From positions 357,643-421,642 of the forward strand of contig CAJINV010000001.1 in assembly GCA_905178155.1 (NCBI GenBank): DNA of 64,000 bases, in the 5' to 3' direction. Under the pieces are notes generated by a model. The model was not told the DNA's origin. It saw only the letters and a program-made list of their open reading frames with translations, and did not search any database. Of this stretch, positions 55,322-64,000 are shown in pieces. Origin of the DNA: Amoebophrya sp. A120 (Eukaryota > Protista > Dinoflagellata). Every line of letters begins with the position of its first letter. Positions within the stretch are counted from its first letter, which is position 1. Position numbers and translations under genes: made by a program.

Positions 55322-55921
55322 TGACAACCCTAAAAGTTTCAATACATGCTGTCAGACAGACTTACAACACGAATAAAGTCAGTGTATGTGCATGTACAAA
55401 TACAATTGCAATCACAAAATTGTAGATCTTCACCTTGAAGATGACCTTTTTCAATCTTTTCCCTCTACGAGGAGCTACCAAAGATAGGATTAGAAACTCC
55501 ACCTCGCTGCTTTCAATTTCATCTGAACGAAGAAGCAAACAAATCGAAATCATGCGATGGATTGTGCTCATACTTGAAAGCCCTTCTACAAATCAGCGTT
55601 GTTTTTGTCGCTCAACATACCCTTCTGACGAAGTCAATGACTACATAGCTCCGCCCAATCGAATCCGAGCATCACGACTGCTACACTGATCTTGACGAGA
55701 CGATTGTGATTGTGCCGGACCTTGTTACGCAGACGTAACGAGAGCCATCGCAAGAATGCGCAGTCCAGTACCAATCATTTTTCGTGGCCTTGCGTCACGG
55801 ACCACAACATCTTTCGCCACTGCTCGAACAGATGAATTATGCTATTGCGAGTGGAGGTGTTGGTTCAATTTCAAGAATGGGGGCACACAGCAAACAAATC
55901 GATTCATTAGTTGTAGGTTCT

Positions 55922-58900
55922 TCAACTACCGCCGATTTTTGACTGATCTGAATCTACACCAATTTCAGCGACTTTTTTCATACTCTCCACGAACTGTCTC
56001 CCCGTAAGCGGTGCGCTTCCTTTGTGATCCCTCACCAAAGTTGCGGCGCCTCCAGGTCCATGGAGAATCTGATGCGACCCGCGGGTGTTCAGACGCAACT
56101 GCTTGACACCGGACTCGGGATCGGTATCAATCCCAATCACTCCCACCCTTCGCAAAAGATGCAGCCCACGCTTCGTCTGCCGCCACTTCATTCGCTTCTG
56201 CGCAAGCACGTTGAGTACCGCCCGAACGCGTTCCAGGCGATCATCTTCAATGTAGTTACTGCTGCCAGCCCCATCCGCGGAGCCAAGACCACTCGGAGCC
56301 GTGTCTACAACTTTACTCGCTCCTGCAGATGAATTCGCATCCACCCAACGCAGACCGCATTTGCGCACAGACCGCCCCGTTGCTTCATCAGCGTCTTCTC
56401 CGTTATTCTCTTCCCAGGCTTCCCGAAATTTCCGTGCGCGATCGCGAGCGGTGTGAAGGTTGAATTTTCCGGCTTCACCACGAGTTTTAATCTTTGCTTT
56501 TGGCACCAAATGCTCCGCCGCCTGCACGTGAAGGTCCCGCAGCTTGTCATCGAGCCCTTGCTTGATCAGTGCAGCCGCCTCGGTCTGCAAACAGTCCAGC
56601 TCCGGGCCGAAGAGGCTCTGACTGCAGTCACCTAGCACTTGTTCCAGGGCCTCCGGATCGTCCCAGCCTATCAGGGCGGCCTGCACGAGCTCGGCGGCAT
56701 TCAGATCCTCTGCGCCGACCGTCCTTGATGCGGGTGCGCCATCGTCATCGATGTCGCTCCAAAAAAGGTTCTCCAAGTATTTGTCCATCGGGTCTTCTGG
56801 GACTGGCAGGGCAAACGGAATGTGGCCAGTGATGCAGCGTCGATTTTGGTCCACGAAACCGAGAAGAGAATTCTGAACCAGGTACTCCTCGAGCGCCGTA
56901 ATAATTTGTTGGTCCAGCGGTGTGGAGTCCCCGAGCACAATCCATTGCGGTGACGCCGACGCATGGGGATGAAACGCGTGAGAGAAGCCCGGGGCAGAAG
57001 AACAAGGACCGCAACTACCGGCACCGTGGAACAAAGCACCGAAGCACGCGCGCTGCCGACGCTCGCCCATAGCCGTAAGCCAATGCATCCGCTTCAAATT
57101 CCATCCAACATCGTAGTCGGTTTTGTCCAGAAGCGCGCCGTTTTCGTCGCGTTTACCGAAGAAAGCGATCTCCTCTGCCGTGTTAGTGCGGGAAAGGAAT
57201 TGCTTCCGCATGCCGGAGACTTCGTTGCGGTTTCCAAAAAGGATGTGCGCCTGCGCGAAATGGTACTGATGGTTTGATAGGTCGGCAATAATCTCGGCAT
57301 GTAGCTGTTCCTTCTCTGTTTCGGACAGCGGGCCTTCTCTCTCCTCCAGCCGCTTGGCCGCGGTCCCGAGGACAGACAACATTTTACAATTTCTCTTGCC
57401 AGCCGTAATAAACTCCTGAAAGTCCACGACTTCAACGGCTAGAAAGGAACCGGTCTCAATCTCGACAAAACTTTGCTGGAAAGGTTTGATTGACGCCAGG
57501 AATCCACAGAGAACTGTATCATCGCACAGAGGATCATCGTCGTGTTTCTGGTGCTTTTTCTTCTTCTTCTTTCCGACACCCGCATCGACGGTCATGCTCC
57601 TATTTCCAACATCATACAAGGGGACGCGGTCCGTGTGGAGAAACTTGTGCATGTCCTGTCGAGCACTGCTCCAGCATTGCGTATCCTTATCGGAGGACGA
57701 GGGCGTAGGCAATTGCATGAACGTTACAATTGGGCCGGACGACGGATGCCAGAACAGATAAAGCCAGCTTTCATCTGTTCCTTCTCGCGAGGAGTACACT
57801 GAACACGGAACACACCACTGCAGACGGTCCGCGATGACGTCCGGCACCGCTTGAGCGAAAAAAGATACGGCAAGCGCGCGGAGGAGGAACAAACGGCGGC
57901 CCGCTTTGTCGTGTTTCGGTTCTCGCCCCAAAAACTCAAAGAGCCAACCAATCTGAAATAGGATGCGCCTCGTCTCTTCGTTCTCGAGCAGAAAGTCATC
58001 GCAAGTCGACCCAGGAACGTGAATATGCTTGAAACGGCGCACGCATCGCAGCAGCACCGTCGATAACGAGTGCGCAAGACTTTTTTGCGTTGTCATCTTT
58101 CCGAGACTGCCCGGAACCAACGACGATATCCGAGAACTTTTCGTGTCGGGGAGCTTGCACTGTCTTCGGAGTCTGCGACATTCATCCTCATCCTTTTCTC
58201 TTCGATCGCGTACATCCGCGATGAACTGAAGTAACTGGTCATGCCGCTCTTCTGTGTAGCAGTTTTTGTAAGTCGACAGTCGGGCTACTCGACTGTCACG
58301 ACCTGAAACAGCTTCGTCTTGTTTATTTTCGCACTCGCTTGGCTTCTCGGACGCCAAAACAATCCGGTGTTCAGCAAAATGGACTGCCTTCTTTAACTGG
58401 TTCCGCACTTTTCCCCGCAGGAAATAGTTCGTCTCGTTTTCTGTTGTAGAGCTAGCTGCCGTGACCCCCGGATCGCTGGGATCTTTCGCCCCAACGCAAC
58501 GCCGGTTTAGCAGCTCTTTTGCCCGAGTTACTGCGCTTCGCAACTTGTTGCGCGCGTCGGAAGCGGCGGTGCCGTTGTCGTGCGCGGCCCTCAGTTTATC
58601 AAGTAACTCGGAGGCTGCTGCCCGGGCGTCCTCTGCGCCACCGGCGTCGGCGCCGGTCTCTACCGCCAGTGCTGCCAGAAGCTCGTCATCGTGCTCAAAG
58701 AACGGGCAGTCGTCCAGCCGCCGCACGTCATGCACGGAGAATGTCCGCCGAAGGTTGTTGAGTAGCGGAATTTTTACATCAACGAAGGACTCGCCGTCCG
58801 AAGAGATCTGCACATCCTCAACGATGGCACGTTTCCCATTGAACTTGATCGCGTCCTCTTGGTCTGCACCATCGTTGCAAATGCGAATCTCCACGACATC

Positions 58901-59743
58901 AAGCCGCATGATCAATGGCTGGAAATTCGACGCAAGAGAGACAGCTGAACTTCGCGGTGAAGATGCGGGAGTGTCGTGCACCATCAATTTGTCAATTTCC
59001 GCTACACGTGAAGATATGTACTTCTGCTTTTCGTGGCTATGGACCCGTTGGTTGACGATTATCATATGCTGCGTTCGGCAGAAGCCCAAGGACGTGAAAG
59101 TTGATTTCGTATCGCTCGCTAAGAGGGTCCTACGCGGCCGCGGCGGACATGGGGCGTCTCCAAAAGGAAAAATGTCGACATAGGGCTCGTCAAGGTTCGC
59201 TATTTCGTACTCGCCCGTGGACACGAGTTCTTCTTCAGGTCCCTCCACGCCAGCAACCGACCACCCACTGGCCAATTCCTCGAATGTATTTTTCACCCAC
59301 TTGTCCAAAGTGTGAGCAGTTAAACAATGAGCTTCATCCTGCGAAGAAAAAATGTGCCGAGATTCGTGCTCCGGCTGTCCTCCTGCTTCTTCTTCTCGAG
59401 GTGGGTTTCGAGATGGTATGAAGTGCTCACCAGTGGGAATCAGGAAGCGCTGATTGTAAGCGAAAATCACAATTGTGTGCTTCTCCTTTGTCTTTTCCAA
59501 AAGAGAAATCATTTTCCTTTTCGCCGAGACTTTCAACTCTTCACAAAAGCATTGCTTTTCTAGCTCCTTTTGTGCGAGTTTCTTCGCTTGCTTTTCTAGT
59601 TCCTCCTGTGCGAATTTCTCCGCCAATGCCGGCGTGTTGAGCACAATCGTCGCCACTTGTTGGGCTAACAAGTCCTGACTCGGTGTCTGTGATGCCATTC
59701 TGACTGCTGTCAAACCATCTGCTTCATCTTCAATACTAGACAT
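55922..59743 (-). CDS. HicA-like-domain family paralog 3, intronless, 1273 aa
   Basis: Long ATG-initiated ORF with the same block order. C-terminus LRLNTRGSHQILHGPGGAATLVRDH. Confidence 0.88.
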   Translation of the reverse strand: MSSIEDEADGLTAVRMASQTPSQDLLAQQVATIVLNTPALAEKFAQEELEKQAKKLAQKELEKQCFCEELKVSAKRKMISLLEKTKEKHTIVIFAYNQRFLIPTGEHFIPSRNPPREEEAGGQPEHESRHIFSSQDEAHCLTAHTLDKWVKNTFEELASGWSVAGVEGPEEELVSTGEYEIANLDEPYVDIFPFGDAPCPPRPRRTLLASDTKSTFTSLGFCRTQHMIIVNQRVHSHEKQKYISSRVAEIDKLMVHDTPASSPRSSAVSLASNFQPLIMRLDVVEIRICNDGADQEDAIKFNGKRAIVEDVQISSDGESFVDVKIPLLNNLRRTFSVHDVRRLDDCPFFEHDDELLAALAVETGADAGGAEDARAAASELLDKLRAAHDNGTAASDARNKLRSAVTRAKELLNRRCVGAKDPSDPGVTAASSTTENETNYFLRGKVRNQLKKAVHFAEHRIVLASEKPSECENKQDEAVSGRDSRVARLSTYKNCYTEERHDQLLQFIADVRDRREKDEDECRRLRRQCKLPDTKSSRISSLVPGSLGKMTTQKSLAHSLSTVLLRCVRRFKHIHVPGSTCDDFLLENEETRRILFQIGWLFEFLGREPKHDKAGRRLFLLRALAVSFFAQAVPDVIADRLQWCVPCSVYSSREGTDESWLYLFWHPSSGPIVTFMQLPTPSSSDKDTQCWSSARQDMHKFLHTDRVPLYDVGNRSMTVDAGVGKKKKKKHQKHDDDPLCDDTVLCGFLASIKPFQQSFVEIETGSFLAVEVVDFQEFITAGKRNCKMLSVLGTAAKRLEEREGPLSETEKEQLHAEIIADLSNHQYHFAQAHILFGNRNEVSGMRKQFLSRTNTAEEIAFFGKRDENGALLDKTDYDVGWNLKRMHWLTAMGERRQRACFGALFHGAGSCGPCSSAPGFSHAFHPHASASPQWIVLGDSTPLDQQIITALEEYLVQNSLLGFVDQNRRCITGHIPFALPVPEDPMDKYLENLFWSDIDDDGAPASRTVGAEDLNAAELVQAALIGWDDPEALEQVLGDCSQSLFGPELDCLQTEAAALIKQGLDDKLRDLHVQAAEHLVPKAKIKTRGEAGKFNLHTARDRARKFREAWEENNGEDADEATGRSVRKCGLRWVDANSSAGASKVVDTAPSGLGSADGAGSSNYIEDDRLERVRAVLNVLAQKRMKWRQTKRGLHLLRRVGVIGIDTDPESGVKQLRLNTRGSHQILHGPGGAATLVRDHKGSAPLTGRQFVESMKKVAEIGVDSDQSKIGGS

Positions 59744-60476
59744 TATGCATCTAAACCCGAACCCATCTCAAGTACCTAATTACCGACCGAGCCACGTCCT
59801 TCGATGTAAGGATGGCGACCAAGGAGACCAACGAAGAGGGAAATCAAAGACCATGAACCGTTTCAAATTCCTGCAACACACACTCTCAATCAGTCGCACG
59901 CTGCGAGGACTGAAAAGCAGAACAAAAGAGAAAAATAGTGATAAAGCAAAGGCAAACGAGTACGAGAACAGAATTATTATGGATTCACACAGAATGAGAC
60001 ACAGACAATCTGTTTCGCTATAAAATAATGATGATCATATCTTTTTCCTGCTCCATTCTGAAAGAATACAACAAAGAAAATGTTAACCCCAAAGATTTGA
60101 TTACATCTAGTGAGGAAATACTTAAATTGTGGACAAAAACATGACCATCACAAACACAATATTCGAGATCTTCAACTTTTGAGAACGAAAAAAAACTGCA
60201 TGTAAAAGTAAGTGCAAATCATAATCAAAATCAAGCGCGCTATTCTACAAACCGTGTACATACAAGCCTTACGTTGGTCACTCATGCCTCTGAGAATGAG
60301 TTTGATGCCTAGCCCTAGTACGTAGTACGCCTAGGTACCTCAACCACCGGAATAGAAAAAACAACCTGAACCTGATCAAACAAATTTGTAAAAATTGAAT
60401 CCTGAATAAAAACACTAGATAGAAGAAATTCGAATCCACATCTCATCAACTTCCATTTTGAATTTTCAACACTACA

Positions 60477-63400
60477 TCACATCTTGTTAATCGTACTTCT
60501 CCTCGGCGCTGGTGCGGACATGGCAAGTAAATTGTCCCCGTCCAGCAAGCCGTTGTCCGTTCGCGAAAACAATCGCTGCAACCGATGGGACGTTCGCGCG
60601 GCTTTGAAAACTCGATCCCCGTCTCCTTTCACTACGTCTTCCTCTCCATCCGCCTGTGTCTCCTCATCTCCATTTACCGGAAGAGATGTTGTCAACGTGT
60701 TCGAAGTTGTAGCATCTCCGTTCGTGTAGTTCCCACCATACGGCCCGCCCCCGACCAGATGCGCGAAGATGTTCGGCACTTCTTGTTCCTCGGTTTCATC
60801 TGCAAAATCCACGCTTTTTTTCGACATCAACGACGCCCCACTCGTTTTGTTCGGCACCGGCGCGGGTGGCCCCGCTCGGGGCGTCACGCTGCTGACATCC
60901 GTCGGGGAACTCACCGCGGCGAGCTGCTGCTCTTGTTCCGACCCAGTGGCGCTGGAGTTGTCGACAACCCGAGCGGTGGATCTTTTCCTGTTTTCCTGCG
61001 GGTCCACCATGGAACTAACGCCGCTTTTCAGCGCATTCTTTCCCGTGTTCGTAGAACGCGAAAAGCGGTTTCCTGTGACCCCTTTCACCATCTTCTGCAG
61101 CAACATCTGACTCTGCCGCTTCTTACTAACCGGGACTGTTGACCCACTGATGGCAGAAGCGGCGCCAGCGGTCGAGGCTTTGGAATTGCTGTTCAGGTTT
61201 TGCGCTCCTGGTTGTGTTCCATTTACAGCTCCACCCGTAGTTCCAGGATAGTCTGTATTGTCGTTAACACGCGAATTCGGATTGTAGTACCCGCCATTGT
61301 TGTAATTCGATTCGCTCAAGGCCGTGTCCTTACTGGCCCGCTTGCTCTGTAACACTTTCACCTGCATGATCCGGTCGAATTCCTTCTGTTCCTCTGGCTG
61401 CATGAAATGGTACAATGCGTGTAATGATTCCATGTGGTGGTGTTTGTGTTCCGTCTGCATGGACTTGCGAAGATGGTGGTGACTGTGGTGCTGTTTCCCG
61501 AAGCGTTTCGCGACCGCGCCCTGGACCTCCGGGTGCTGCGGGTGCTTCTTGTCACTGTCTAAATAGCTGCTGGTGTTATCAATACTAGAGCTCGAAGAGG
61601 ACTCGGAGCCAGATTGCTGGGACGAGGATTCTCCGGACAGAGGGGACGAATCCGGCTTATTGTAGTTCCGACTGCTCGCGTTTCTGGAGGATGACGACCC
61701 TCCGGTGTTGTTTCTTTCGTCCCGGGAGGAGTTTCTATCCTGCTGTTGAACCCTCGGACTACTCTTCGACGAGCTGCTGCGGGGCGACTTGATGTTCGCA
61801 CTAGCCCTAGAAGTCTCTTTTTTCGACTTCCTCCCCTCAGCCTTCCCTTTCGAAGCGGTCGCTGCACTATCCGTCTGCAAATCGATGCCAAGTTCGAAAA
61901 AGGTGGAGAATCTCTGCCCCATACCTTCCTCCGGCACAGAAATGTTGTCGTTATTCTCCGTGGTCTTGCTCGATCGTTCGCTCGCGGCCAATAACTGTTG
62001 TCTGGAGGAGCGGGCGGCGGCAGCGGACAGAGTGGTCTGAAGCTGTTTCTTCGGAGGAGCGACGGCACTGGTATCGGCCTTTCCAGCGCCTGATTGCGCA
62101 GTTGTACTACCACCTTGTGGCAACTTCAACGCGGTCGCGGGCATTCCGCCCGTGATCTGCGTGAACAGTTCTCCCGGCGTCACATCCGGATCGTATTGTC
62201 CCAAAACATCCCGCAACTGCGTCTTTCCAACGCCCTGGCTGAACCCCCCGACGAGCTGCGACACGCCGAGGAAGTCCCCGAGTGAAGGACTCACGATCGG
62301 GACCTTTTTCGCCGGAGAGACACTACCACTGCTCACAGGTAAAGAAATCTGGGCCAGCGGCTGCCCGTTGCTCTTCGCCATCTTCGGCGGTGTGGAGCCC
62401 GCGCGCTTCAACACTTTCCGGCTTTGCGAAAACTGCTTGTCGGCCAGATTCTTGGGGATCTGCGCACCCGCGAGAACATTTGTCGACGGCGCCCGCGGCG
62501 TCCTCGGAGTAATGACCTGGAACGGCACCACGCTCTTGGCTTCGCGCTTCTTGCGCTCCTCCTCCTGCAACTCGCGGAATTCCTGCTGCAATTCGTCCAA
62601 ACCTCGCAAAGGCCCGACTTGCAGCGGGTCCCCCGGCCGACTCGTCGTGCGGATCTCCTGCGCTGCGGCTGCAGAAGACACACCGCCGCCTGATTTCCCA
62701 AACGGTTTCTTCGCCTTCCTCCCCGCATCTACGCCGGACGCCGACAGGCGCGGCGACACCACGTTCATTTTCTGCCACGCGCCCGACTGCCGAGCAGAGG
62801 GAGATGATCCAACGCTGAGGAACGGAACGGCAGCCGCCCGCATAGGGCTGCTGGTTGTACCAACACTTGGAGACCGCGACCTCGTCTCCGGTGCGACCGT
62901 GCCAACTGTCGCAACCCTGTACTCCAGTTCCTTCAACAACTTCGCGATTTCCTCCTTCTTCACTTTCTCCTCCGCCGTCGGAATCGCTTTTCCCGCAGCG
63001 GACAAATCATCCAAAGCCGCTTTCACCGACTTCACCAGCTGCATGGCCCCCGCAGCCTGCCGGCCCCCGACGAACGCCGGAGGGGGAGTCGAAATCCCGC
63101 GCGGCGTTGGCAAATCGGAAATCCGCAGAAAGTCCAGCCCATCACCGAGGTTCAAGGCCGCCTCCTGCGTCCCCGGCGGGCAAAACGCCTCGACCGCGAC
63201 AGACAGACCGATTCTCGGGCCGGTTTTCCGGTGTCCGTTCTTCAAACCGTGGTAGAAGGCCGTCGCGGGGTCGAACAAACCCGTCTCCACCTGCGCGGCG
63301 GGGACCAAAGAAAGCCACAACGGTGCAGAGTCCTTCCCCGCCTTCGTCGTTCGTGCGGAATGCTTTAAGGAGATGATCGCAACGTACTCCATTTCATCGC

Positions 63401-64000
63401 CGTCCTGCGATTGTGTTTGATCCAATTCGAATTGTTCCTTCTCTGATTCCCCGTAGAATTTGAACTTGATATCGTCCTCTGTGATCGGCTTTCTCCGCAG
63501 CCGGAGCTTCACGAACTCATCCCGGGTAGCGAAACGGAGGGAGGAAGTAGAACCCGTTTGAGCAGCGGTAGACCCCCCGAACTTTTGCTCTCTGTACTCT
63601 TCCGTTTTATTCAAATCGCGGCCGGCTTGGTCGACGATGTGCGGGTGGTAGCCGATCAGCGTCTCGTACTTGTTGTTCTCCTGCAGGCCCTCCAAACCAG
63701 ATAGTTTCAAATCCACCACGTACATCGGATCCGACCTTTTCTGCCCGGGGGGCACGACCTTCTGCCCCGCTTTCGCCTTCGGCGAGGCCACCGCCGCGAC
63801 GACCGGCTGGATCTGCATGGTTTGCAGCTGTTTGGACCGCTTCACCTCCGGGCCCTGGAGCTGCACGGGTTCGATCCCCACTTCGACGTTGCCGACACCT
63901 GCGGAGAATTTGAACTTCTTCCCGTCGGTGGAGTTGGTTTTCTCCACAACCGTCGGCTGCGTCAACCCCACCATGTCCGCCACCTCGTGCATCGATCTCT
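60477..64000 (-). CDS. Large, mostly low-complexity hypothetical protein, probably 5'-partial
   Basis: ORF of at least 1171 aa reaching the window edge. Short beta-rich ordered segment near its N-terminus. Confidence 0.75.
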   Translation of the reverse strand, partial: RSMHEVADMVGLTQPTVVEKTNSTDGKKFKFSAGVGNVEVGIEPVQLQGPEVKRSKQLQTMQIQPVVAAVASPKAKAGQKVVPPGQKRSDPMYVVDLKLSGLEGLQENNKYETLIGYHPHIVDQAGRDLNKTEEYREQKFGGSTAAQTGSTSSLRFATRDEFVKLRLRRKPITEDDIKFKFYGESEKEQFELDQTQSQDGDEMEYVAIISLKHSARTTKAGKDSAPLWLSLVPAAQVETGLFDPATAFYHGLKNGHRKTGPRIGLSVAVEAFCPPGTQEAALNLGDGLDFLRISDLPTPRGISTPPPAFVGGRQAAGAMQLVKSVKAALDDLSAAGKAIPTAEEKVKKEEIAKLLKELEYRVATVGTVAPETRSRSPSVGTTSSPMRAAAVPFLSVGSSPSARQSGAWQKMNVVSPRLSASGVDAGRKAKKPFGKSGGGVSSAAAAQEIRTTSRPGDPLQVGPLRGLDELQQEFRELQEEERKKREAKSVVPFQVITPRTPRAPSTNVLAGAQIPKNLADKQFSQSRKVLKRAGSTPPKMAKSNGQPLAQISLPVSSGSVSPAKKVPIVSPSLGDFLGVSQLVGGFSQGVGKTQLRDVLGQYDPDVTPGELFTQITGGMPATALKLPQGGSTTAQSGAGKADTSAVAPPKKQLQTTLSAAAARSSRQQLLAASERSSKTTENNDNISVPEEGMGQRFSTFFELGIDLQTDSAATASKGKAEGRKSKKETSRASANIKSPRSSSSKSSPRVQQQDRNSSRDERNNTGGSSSSRNASSRNYNKPDSSPLSGESSSQQSGSESSSSSSIDNTSSYLDSDKKHPQHPEVQGAVAKRFGKQHHSHHHLRKSMQTEHKHHHMESLHALYHFMQPEEQKEFDRIMQVKVLQSKRASKDTALSESNYNNGGYYNPNSRVNDNTDYPGTTGGAVNGTQPGAQNLNSNSKASTAGAASAISGSTVPVSKKRQSQMLLQKMVKGVTGNRFSRSTNTGKNALKSGVSSMVDPQENRKRSTARVVDNSSATGSEQEQQLAAVSSPTDVSSVTPRAGPPAPVPNKTSGASLMSKKSVDFADETEEQEVPNIFAHLVGGGPYGGNYTNGDATTSNTLTTSLPVNGDEETQADGEEDVVKGDGDRVFKAARTSHRLQRLFSRTDNGLLDGDNLLAMSAPAPRRSTINKM

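Noticed and set aside
53894-55425. Transposase within the 1.6-kb element
   Set aside because: Only short, low-complexity ORFs with no DDE, HUH or tyrosine-recombinase motifs.

Overview
Eukaryotic protist DNA, not prokaryotic. Every credible gene across the 64 kb lies on the minus strand. Many introns are short elements with TAT...ATA terminal inverted repeats (TIRs), 5-bp target-site duplications (TSDs) and often non-canonical splice sites. This combination matches the introner-rich genomes described for the parasitic dinoflagellate Amoebophrya (taxon inferred, not proven). Contents in order: (1) 1-14.7 kb, a tandem array of a 4442-bp unit carrying one ~890-aa unknown gene with three introner introns, with an under-sized N gap and mosaic end copies; (2) a Sushi/saposin-like gene, an NCKX-type cation/Ca2+ exchanger, a SPRY-domain gene and a giant low-complexity gene probably spliced to a p25alpha/TPPP-like exon; (3) a satellite/GC-rich block at 41.7-44.7 kb; (4) three paralogous ~1200-aa genes with a Ub/UBX-like N-terminal module, an SH3-like module, a conserved unknown core and a C-terminal HicA-like (GSH) RNase-toxin domain, with a 1.6-kb TAT...ATA foldback element between two of them; (5) a partial low-complexity gene. 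The best candidates for new biology are the HicA-tipped family and the concentric introner/transposon family. All domain calls are by-eye motif recognition and splice models come from restoring reading frames; no searches were run.
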